Shown one piece after another: positions 53,610 to 64,000 of a DNA stretch of 64,000 bases (position 1 is its first letter; every line of letters begins with the position of its first letter). The notes beneath the pieces were generated by a model, which saw only the letters and a list, made by a program, of their open reading frames with translations, was not told the origin of the DNA and searched no databases. The position numbers were made by a program, and so were the translations under genes. This stretch comes from Eledone cirrhosa (lineage: Eukaryota), in NCBI GenBank assembly GCA_964016885.1, contig OZ024745.1, positions 100,688,001 to 100,752,000 on the forward strand, given 5' to 3'.

Positions 53610-56600
53610 TTCTTTATTAGCCACAAGGGCGCAACAAGAAAGGGGACAATACAAAGACATGCCGGGGATTTTACATACAGTCGTGTAAAAAATATAAAAA
53701 CAAACAATTTCAACAATCGAAATCCCCAATAGGGGGGAAGCGCCACAAATGGGTTGTTTAATACCCCGTCGATAGAACAACCCTCAACTCGAGGAGCGTG
53801 TTGTGCAAGTGCTCCTTTCTTCCTTTTGCTCTCTTCCTCAACCTACAGGCTTATAAACAGAGAAGGCCCAATCACTCGGGCCATTTTCGCTTCAGTCACC
53901 CACTTTTCAGTAAATTTACTGGGGTGCAGTGCTTCTCTCTCCACCCTGGTTCTCCTTCTAAAGTGATACTTAAAGAAGGGAATCAATTGTTGTCCGGAGA
54001 GAAAGGCATCTGTCCTCAGTCCTCTCAACCTCGTCCACCATATAACTTCTTTCACCATAGCCACCGTACAGAGGAAAACCGCCTCTCTTTCGTTTTTGAA
54101 AGAGTCTGGCGGTTTGATCCTTACTATGGACTCGGCAGTCAACTGTATTTGTCCCATACGCGACAGCAGTTGTTCTGCATAGTTCCACAGGTCGCTTACG
54201 CCCGGGCAGTGTACAATTGCGTGCAGAACTGTTTCAATGTCCTGCGCACATCTTGGACACGTCCTCTTGGAAGGATCCCTGCCAGGGCGTCCGTGCCTGT
54301 AGATCTTGTCACGAACCGGTAGAGCTCCTCGGTAGCACTGCCAGGCCAGGGACCTCTGGAAGTTGTCCATAGGTCCCGGGCGGAAAGTCCTACCAAACAG
54401 ACTGGTGAGCTCATCGTCTTCGACGCCCAGAGTCTCTCCGAGCACGTCGTCGCCCTTGTAATGTACAATCCCTCTATAGAATGTCGAAGTGGAGTCTCCA
54501 CTGATTGCTGCGCCCGCTTGCCAGAGGACTGTGGGCGCCTGAGCGCATTCAATGTGCCAGGCGCCCATCGTTTTCGGTCTTTTCTTCACCCACCCAGGAC
54601 TGCAGCTCCGTTAACGAGACGAGCTGTGGGAAAGCCTGTCTCACAAACGGTTGGGGGTCGGTGAGGAATACCTGGAGATGCCGCAGCCTCAGCGCATGTT
54701 TGCGCATCATCAGCCACGACATTCCCAGCCCTCCGTTGGAAGGGTGCTGACAGCAGACGGATCTCCTCACCAGCGGAGCCTGCTTCTTCCACAGAAACTG
54801 GAAGAGCATGCGTTCCATCTAGGCGAGGTGTTCACGGGGACAAGGCACGACAGTCAAGCGGTAGTAGATGACGGACGCTATGAAAGTGTTCGCCACCTCC
54901 GCTCGACCTTTCAAGGACAGTTTGCACTCTGCCCACTTCTGAGTGAGTGCAAACACCTTGGCCGTGACCTCGTTCCAGTTTTTCTCCACCTGGAGGTCTG
55001 GACCGAACCAGACCCCGAGCAATTTCACCGGTCCGTCCGTCCAGCTTCCAACGACGCTGTTGGACGTCATCGGTTTGCTTCTCCACGTACCGAGTTGCAA
55101 ACCGACAGACTTGGCCGGGTTTAGTTTTGCTCCTGTCAGCGTTTCGTATTCTTTCAGTAAGTTGCCGATCACCCCGATTTCCAAGGTGCTCGACACCATT
55201 ACCGTCACGTCGTCGGCATAAGCCGACGCCGCTTTGCGCAGTCCCGGTTCTAGAGGGATGCCCTGCAACAGCTCCAATTTCCGCAGTAGTGGCTCTAGAG
55301 TCAATACATACATGATGGAGGAGCGAGGGCACCCTTGTCGAATGGAACGTGTGATTGCGAACGGCTTCGACAGGTAGCCGTTCACCTTGACCCTCGAGCA
55401 GAGGCTGGTGTGCATGGCCTCGATCCAGCCTCTGAACACGGGACCGAAACCGGCCGCCTTGAGAACCGCTTCCAAGTATCGATGGTCGACCCTATCGAAT
55501 GCCTTAGACTGATCCAAATTGATCAGAGCCCCACCAAAGCCGGGTTTACTACCCACCCTCTCTATGATGTATCGCATGAGGTGGAGGTTGTCGTGTATGG
55601 ACCTGGTCGGCATTACACACGTTTGCGCTTTCCCTACCAAGTTCTCGACGACAAGCGCCAACCTCGTCACGAGCACCTTGGCCAAAATCTTTAACTCTAA
55701 GTTATTAATTTCGTCCCCCTTGTTCTCGTCTTTCCTGATCAGCGTTACTACGCCCTTTCCTGCAGAACTGGGAATTGTCCCGTTCTGCTGCCAATTGCAG
55801 TAGACGGCTTCGAGGATGCCAGAGAACAAGTCCGGCATGCCTATGTAAAACTCATAGGGTAGACCATCTAGACTTGGTGACTTGCGTTTCCCGCAGCGAC
55901 CCAGAGCGTCCCGTATCTCAGTGTACGTGATTGGTCTATCGCAGAACTCGGCGTCCGTGTTCGAGAGACGCGGCAGGCCGTCGAGGTATGAACTAAAGTC
56001 CATTACCCCGTTCGGCTCACCGTAGTTCTGCTCAAACAGTCGCGCAAAGTGTTGCTGAAAGGCTGAGCACATTTGCTTGGGGTCAAGTAGAACGCGTCCA
56101 TTTTGATCTTTCAAAGACCGAATCGTGGACTTGTTGCCACTTTTTGCCTCCGCCACTCGGGCCCAGCTGACAGCTTTCGCTCCTTCATTTCCTAGAGCAC
56201 GTGTTTTGCTTCTGACCACGCAGCCTTTGTGTTTCGCATCGAAGAACTGGTCTAGTGCCGTTCTCGATTCTAACACTCTAGCCGCATTGACACTTCTAAG
56301 TGCCTCCTCTACCTTGGCTACTAGTTCTCTTTCTAGTTTGTTTTTCTCTAAGGCTAACTCTCTGCTAAACCCTATCGATTCTATTCTAAATGCTTTCTTG
56401 AGAGAGTACCACCATCTATTGTTGACGATGGCTCCTGTTAACTGTTCCTTGATTAGTCTTCTTATCCGTTCACTGTAAGCTTTACGTGCCGACAACGACA
56501 CGTTCAGCTTCCAGTATCCGGGTCCTTGTTTATGTGTTCTATCATGGTTGACTAAGCAGACGACTAATTTGTGATCTGAATAGGCAATCATGTGCATTCG

Positions 56601-58866
56601 TGGACAGCTTAACATCTTATCCCTTTCTCTAATGAAGAACTTATCTAAATACGATCTAGATGTCCCGCTGCGGTTTGCCTACGTCCACTGTGGTGCAGTC
56701 GGGAAATCCAGTCGATACCTATCGGCCAGTTGGAATTGGCCGATTAAAGTTTTGAGGCTGTTGCACCCCGCTCTACTGGGACATGCTCCCACATAGTCTC
56801 ATCGTGCATCTAGGATACCATTCCAGTCCCCCACTATAAGTAAGGAGCGAGACGTTCACAGAAAGAACTCTAGACGCTTAAAGAAGTCTGGCCGTGATTG
56901 CGATTGCCCAGTCTGAAGGCTCCACCTCCAATACTGTTCACGTCTAGGACTACCAGTCTACCCTCCGGGTCCAAGTGTACTTGCTGTACTTCGATGTCCA
57001 GGTTCTTCCGAAACATGACAACCAGTCCACCCCCACCTCCTGGCTGACAGTGAGATGCGTAGATCTCAAAGTCGTCGAAGATGGGGGTTAGTTGCTGCCT
57101 GTTGTGGATCCTGGACACGGTGATGGTTATCACATCCATACCGTGTGACCTAAGGTCGTTTAAATGTTGGCCCTGTTTCCACGGCATCCCTAGGCCACGC
57201 ACATTCACGCTTCCAACTCGTAAACTAGCCATGTTGGAGAAGAAGAGTTGGAGAAAACGGGCGAAAGGTGCACTTACCTTTTCGTTTCCTGGAGATCGGG
57301 TTGTTCAATCTCCATTTGGGTGCTGGATGGGGTGTTGGGTGGGGTGGGGAAACATTTTAACAGGACCCGGTTGATGGGTTTCTGGCAGGGGTTGCCCACG
57401 TCCTGTGAACATTTATTTTTTAGGTCATTATAGGTTTCCATAGAAACCCTTATAAGTTTAAGGTGTGGAGACGATTCTGACTTGACGAAAGTTTTGCCCT
57501 CCGTCTCCACTTTGGGGTTTTGGGAGATGACCTCCATCAAACTCTTGTTTTTTGTGTTGATGTATGAGTATTGATGTTTGTGTTTTTGTTGTGTTGTTTT
57601 AGTTTGTTGTTCGTCCGGGAGTTTTCTTTTTATGGTGGGTGCTTGTGTTTGGGGTGGTTTGGTGTTGGTTTTGCTGGTAGGGGGATGTTTGACTGTGGTG
57701 TTGTTTGTGTTGTTGTTTGTGTCTGTGGTTGTGTGTTGGTGTTGGTGATTGGAGTTTGGGGGGTTTTGTGGTGTCTCTTTTTTTGTTTTTTAGATTTCCA
57801 CGGCTCTCCCTCTTCTTCACTTAAAGAAGGAGAAGCAGCTTTCTCCGTCTATGAATAATAATCGTCAGGTGTGTGGGGTAGGGGTATGTTGTGTGGTGGT
57901 GGTGTTTCAGTGTGTGTGTTTGTGGTAGTGTTTGATGGAGTGGGATGGGGTGGGGCTGTGTTCATCAGGGGTGTTGTCTCTGTTTTTTCTGTTGTTGTTG
58001 GTTGAGTGTCTGTTTGTTTTGGTGTGGTTGCTCGTTTCGTCTGTCGTTGTACTTGTGGTGGTGGTGGTTGTTTTGGTGTTGGTAATAGTGTTTTTTAATG
58101 ATGTTGTTGTTGTGTGTTTGTGAAGGACAAGAGACTTTTAGGTGTGCTCTGCTACCACAGCGAAAGCAATGAAATTTTCGTCCTTCTACCGAAAAGTTTA
58201 TTTTGCTGTTATCATCGATGACGACTCTTTCGGGTATTTTGGAGTATCTCTCCGGCCTCATTTGCAACAGAATCTCCAAATCAGTACCCGCCCACCTTTG
58301 TCGAATAGACTTTCGTATCGAAAGAATCATATCAGTTTCTGGCTCTACGAAGCCAGCCAAGATCCACCAGATGTTAATGTTTGGGGTATATATATATTTT
58401 TTTTGTGTCCTTTTTCCCATGTATGTAGGGAAAAAGGTGAATGCTTTTGACACCATTGGTGTAACAGAATGTTTTGGGGTGAGTGCCTCGCTTTTAAACA
58501 GTACGGAAACACTTCCGTACTGTTTTCCTCGTTTGAGAAAATCGATATTTGCTAGAATTTCCTTGAAAGTAGCTTCTATATCTGCTTGACTAACAAATAT
58601 CGGCTTTCTCGTGGAATTGGACACAGTCCTAAAGGTGACTGATCTTAGAACTGTGTCTTCCTTTATTTCAAGGGGTGAGTTAATTCTAAACCCTCCCTTG
58701 TCTTCGAAAGTTACACATTTTCTCCCTTGCTGGAGCATATCTCTTGCATTGGAGATGTCAACATTCATAAAATCTTGTTTTTTGTTCACTGTTTCAGCGA
58801 AAGACATTTTCTTTTTTTGTGTGGTGTTGCTGTTGTTGTTGTTATCGTTGTTAGCCTGGGTGTTGG
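53609..58866 (-). mobile_element. L1/Tx1-like LINE, copy 2 (diverged subfamily, disrupted, 5'-truncated)
   Basis: ORF2 remnants 57232-53843 with stops, frameshifts and loss of FRPITLL. ORF1 remnants 58807-57274 (CFRCGSRAHLKVSC). Same 3' terminus as copy 1. Confidence 0.93.
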
Positions 58867-61180
58867 AAATCTCAGTTCCTTGTCGAGGTGTTTTCGCAGC
58901 AGAACAACCACCCTGCCCCCACCACCCGGCTGACAGAGAGATTCATAGATCTCAAAGACGTCGAAGATGGGGGTCAGTTGGTGCTCGCTGCTGATCCTGG
59001 ACTCGCAAATAGCTATCACATCCATTCTGTGCGACCTGAGGTCATTTAAGAGTTTGCCCTACTTCCAGGATATCCCCAGGCCGCGCACATTTAAACATCC
59101 AACTCTTATAACAGCCATGTTGGTGAAGAGTTTAGAGTGGAGAAAAAGGAAGACACCTACCTGTCCTTCTCCTGGGAACCAGGCTGCACAATTTCCATGG
59201 GGGTGTCGGCGGGGTTGTTTGGTGGGGTGGTGGTTTGGAATGTGGTGGGGACATCAGTGTGTCGTGTGGTGGTGGTGGGTGGGGGGGGGGGGGACATTTC
59301 AAGAGGACGCGGTTGCTAGGTCTAGTACATGGGTTCCCCACGTCCTCGGGAAAGTTCCGTTTGAGCATTGCGTAGGTGTCCCTTGGGACCCTAATCATTT
59401 TAAAATGCGGTTTAGTCACCGCGTTGGTGAACATTTTCCTTTCGGTTTCCACCGAAGGGTCTTTGTCTATTGTTTGCACAAGTGGTTTGTTGTTTGTGTT
59501 GATGTATGTATACTGTTTTTGTTGCGTTGTGTTTGTTTTTGTTTGTTGTTCTTGTGTGTGTTTGCGTTTTGTAGTATGTGTTATGTTTTCAGGAGGGGTG
59601 GTTTTTTTGTTTGTTTGTGATGTTTGTTCTGTTCGTGCTGGTGTCTGTGTGTTTGTTGTATTTTTGTTGATGTGGTGTCTTCTTTTCTTTCTTTTTACCG
59701 GTTGAAAGGGTTCTCCCTCGTCGTCACTGGGTGACGTTGATAAGGGGTCCTCGTCCGTGTTGTTGGGGACGGGTATATTTTGGGGTTTTATTGTGGTTGC
59801 TTTTGTATTTGTTTTAGGTGGGGAAGGGTTGGGTGGGACAGTGTCTTGTGTTGTTATTTTTCCGTGTTGTTGTGGTTGTTGTAGTGGGGGTGGTTGTGTT
59901 GTTGTGTGTGGGGTGGGCAGAAGCGTCTTTTTTTTGGGGGGGGGGCATTTAAAAGGGGACAGGAAGCCCTCAGATGACCACTTCTTGAACAGTGGTAGCA
60001 TGAAGGCCGCCTGCCCTCAACAGAAATGTTTATGAAGACGACTTCATCCAGGGACACACGCTGCGGTATTCTTGCTATCCGTTCTGGTCTCATTTGGACC
60101 AGAACTTCAAGGTTATTGCCGCCGAATACGCCCCCGGTGGATTCGCCTATCGAAAGGATTGTGTCCTCATCTTCTAAGAATCCCTTTAGCACCCACCAAA
60201 TGCTCACATTTGGCCTGATGCTCGAGATTCTTATCTTTTGAGTTCTTTTCCCCAAATATGTGGGGAAAAAGGTGTATGCTTTGGATACAATTGGCGACAC
60301 AAAATATTTCGGTGCCGCCAATTCATCTTGCATTAAAACAGATATGCTTCCATACAGTTTCCCTTTCTGTATGAAAGCGATATCCTTCCACTACTTAGGA
60401 CCAGCTCAATTTCGCTTTGGGACAATTGAGCCGGTTTCCTAGTCGTGTTCGAAACTGTCCTAAAAATTTCGGTCCTGAGGAATTTTTTCCGTTCTAATTT
60501 ATTCGGGGGAGGTAATTGTGAATTCCCCACCTTCCCCGAAACTTACACAATTCCTTGCTTCTTTCAGCAATTTCTTGGCATTCGAGATGTCCAGTGCTTT
60601 GTATGACTGGGTTTCTCGAACCGTCTGTGCGAAGGGGACTGCAGCTGTGGGTCCGTTTTCTTTCGTGTTGTTATCATTGTTGTTGTTTTTATTCGTGTTG
60701 GCTTGCTTTTTTCCTTTGTTGGTGTTGTCATTATTGCTGTTGTTGATTGTGTTGTTATTGTCATTGTTGCTGTTGTTGGTTGTGTTGTTATTGTCATTGT
60801 TCTTGTTTGTGTAATTGTTACTTTTGGAGTTTTCACCCATTTCCACAACTTTTTCTTTTGATTCCGTGGTGTCTTTTGCGCGAATGGGGAGGGAAGGCTT
60901 ACAGCGTTGTGCTGCTACCTTCTCTCTATCACTTTCCTTGGGGGGCGTGGCATGCGTCGTGTTAATGGCGTCCATTGTCACTAAACGACTTTTTATCGAT
61001 AACTTATAACTATCAAATTTCGCCCCAAAAAGGGGCGAAATTTATTTTACCCAACGTCTGCAGGCCCAGGCGAGGGGTTAAACACAACAAATAACAAGTA
61101 GCTTACACAAACCTACCGCTTCTCGTAATAAATTCCGACAAAATGCAGGAGCGAAACAAAAACACGTCTATCTTCTTCGA
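58867..61180 (-). mobile_element. L1/Tx1-like LINE, copy 3 (5' UTR, frameshifted ORF1, first ~84 codons of ORF2)
   Basis: ORF1 from ATG 60975 (CYHCSRSGHLRASC). ORF2 start 59118 MAVIRVGCLNVRGLG. 5' end abuts (GATA)n at 61181-61267. Confidence 0.9.
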
Positions 61181-61216
61181 GATAGATAGATAGATAGATA
61201 GATATATAGATAGATA

Positions 61217-61266
<50 letters not shown>

Positions 61267-61267
61267 T

Positions 61268-63575
61268 TATCACTTCTCTTTTGAGCGCTACTGGCAACGT
61301 GTAACCCAGTATAACCTGTTGCATAGTCAGTTCGTCGGTGACTAAACTGGTAACCCCACCAAGAACACATGGAATAGCGCCTTGTGTTTCCTACAACTTG
61401 AGAGCAATGGACGAGAGCTAAACATTCCGAGTTAGATAGATACTGCGAGAACACAGAGTAGCGCCTTGTGTTTTCTACTACTTGTGCAACCGAACCCCTA
61501 TAATGACTCACGTAAACAACACCAGGAATAAAACCCCTGATCAAATCCTTCCAGGTGTTTTAGCATGTCCATCGATGATCAATGACAATACTTTCTAAAA
61601 TCCCATCGGAAAGGAAGCATCCGACTGCAGAAACAAGAGAACAGACGTCTAGATTACGAAATCTATTTCCAAATAGGAACAATTAGTGTAAAACATTGAG
61701 GGCAAAAAAAACAGGTCAGAATTGTGAAATAACTTTAAAATCTATAGACTACCAAAACACCATGTAATCATCGAAAGCAGGGGTTTCAATGCCCATCTTG
61801 GAGTAAATTCATGCGATATTCATTTCATGAAGAAACCAACAAAAATGGTAAATTCATGCTTGAACATGCAACAGAATGTAATCTGCACATCACAAATAAA
61901 CTTTTCAAGAAAAAGAAGGGAAAGCAGTGGATCATAGACATGGGTGGTCATAAATCATAAATTGACTTTATACTCATCATTAATAAATGGAAGAACTTGG
62001 TACACAACGTGGAGATAGACAACAGATTTGGTAGTATGAGGAGCGACCACAGACTAGTCACAGCCAAAATACGGTTGAATTTAAGAATGACAAAAACTCG
62101 TGCAAAAAACAAAAGGTACTACTGGTCTGCATTAAAGAATATAGAGCAATACACAATCGCTGTGAGAAACAGGTTTGGTGAACACTCAGACAGCTGCAAT
62201 GATATTTCTGAAGAATATGGATGCTTTGTACTTGGAAACTCAGAGGCTGCGGAAAAGTTTTTATCAGTTGAGAAAAGTCAAAAGGTTAGAATAACTACCA
62301 ATAACTCAAAAGTGAAGAAGACACGCCAAGAAGTGAATGAAGTTTTCTCGCATTATAAATCAATGAGGAGATTAGGCAATTCTTTAAAACGAAGAAACAC
62401 AACTTAAAACAGGTGTAACAAATTACTCAACAAGAGGAGCTGGATGAGATGATATCAAAGATTGAAAATGTTGACACAAAGAGTAAACATGGATAGAGCT
62501 GGAGACTCATCAACACAATCTCTGGCTGCAAAAATGCCAAACATGAAATAGTTAAAGGAAAGACGAGAAAGCAGAGAATCAAAAATTGGTACACTCACTT
62601 TCAAAATCTATTGGGAAATGAGCATATTTTAGAAAATGATGGGGATGCAAAAAACAGAAAATGTGTGGGAAGGATTGAAAAGTGAGGATGGTGAGTTTAC
62701 AAAAACTGAATTAAGACGTGCCAAACAAATCTTGAAGGCTGGAAAGCAATCTGGTCCTGACAATATTTTTGCTAAAGTTCTGAAGGGATGTTAACTTGAC
62801 GACATAATTCTCAAATTTGCTAACAGTCTTCTAAATGAGAACCTAAAACCCAAGCAATGGTCCCAAATTGACTTGATCTTCCTACCAAAATTTGGAAACC
62901 TAAGTGAAACTGGGTATTAATTATCAATGGATTATTCTGTCGTCTATTGTTGCCAAGACAGTAAATAAGATGATATTGATTAGACTCCAACCTAAAATTG
63001 ATGGGCTCCTTAAGCCAAATCAAAATGGTTTCAGAACAGGCGTGTTAGCGCTGCAAAGTCTGATTGAAGGTGTGAAGAGTCCCAAGAGAAAGGCCATCAT
63101 TATCAGCGTAGACTTCAAGAAAACATTTGACTCTGTGCACAGAGGAAAGATGATGAAAATTCTAAAAGCTTATGATATCCCACAAAGAATACTTGGAGCA
63201 ATTGGCAAAAATGTACGAAGGCACCAGATCAATAGTTATTAGTCCTGATTGTGAAACCCATTATTTTGAAATTACAGCAGGAGTCGTATAAGGTGACACT
63301 CTAGCCCCTTTCCTTTTTAATATTGTTTTGGACTACGTGATGCGCAAAATATACGATCACTGAGAAATATAATTTGGCTTCACACTACACAATCAAAGAA
63401 GCAGAATACATCTTGCAATTACTAATATAAACCTAGATTTCCCAGACAACAGGCCTAGCTAACTGAAGAGATAGATCAGGCACAAGAAATACTAAGTAGA
63501 TTAGAGCTAGAGGCAGCAAAATTTGGATTGCATTGCAGGGGGAAATTGCAAGTCTTCAATCATGATGCAACTGTT
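61268..63575 (+). mobile_element. Decayed RTE-clade LINE (5' UTR, APE, RT; 3'-truncated)
   Basis: FNAHLG, IDFIL, SDHRLV, NQNGFR, VDFKKTFDSVHRGKM and GV.*GDTLAPFLF, with many stops and frameshifts. Confidence 0.87.
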
Positions 63576-63745
63576 ATTGTTATTTAACTTTGATTATTAC
63601 GGATACCGAGGTAGGCGACCACACGAGCACGTGACTTGCTTCAGTAGCCTATCCATGAGATAACATTGAGTGCTTAAGTCGAAGAACCATCGGAAACAGA
63701 ACGTTACACATTATGCAACTACGCACTACACACATACACGCACCC

Positions 63746-63834
<89 letters not shown>

Positions 63835-63873
63835 ATGTACACACACACATATATATATATATATGTGTGTGTG

Positions 63874-63973
<100 letters not shown>

Positions 63974-64000
63974 GATAGAGGTACTTACATAACCATAGTG

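Noticed and set aside
48197-60965. Numerous short antisense and alternative-frame ORFs over the LINE array
   Set aside because: Shadows of GC-richer or low-complexity ORF1/ORF2 sequence.

Overview
AT-rich, microsatellite-dense eukaryotic DNA made up almost entirely of transposable elements. The SINE type and (TA)n density suggest an invertebrate, probably a cephalopod (inference). No host gene is securely identified. Contents: (1) a decayed full-length mariner. (2) About 12 copies of a tRNA-headed SINE. (3) A 4.3-kb satellite with a 52-bp unit. (4) A Neptune-type Penelope-like element (PLE) with an open RT+GIY-YIG frame. (5) Many short non-coding inserts in (TA)n tracts, mostly fold-back or tandem, carrying type I hammerhead ribozyme (HHR) motifs from at least 10 distinct sequence families, including a 459-nt retrozyme-like dimer and a U3-A8 covariant core. 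(6) RTE, R4/Dong and CRE LINE fragments. (7) A 13.3-kb head-to-tail array of three diverged L1/Tx1-like LINEs embedded in (GATA)n, one with both ORFs intact. The most unusual signal is in these LINEs. All three carry a GT splice donor at the ORF1 stop, and the two that retain their 3' ends carry an AG acceptor at the ORF2 stop. ORF2 would then be a single intron, and splicing would give ORF1p a conserved basic C-terminal tail encoded in the apparent 3' UTR. All RNA folds and splice sites were read by eye and are untested.
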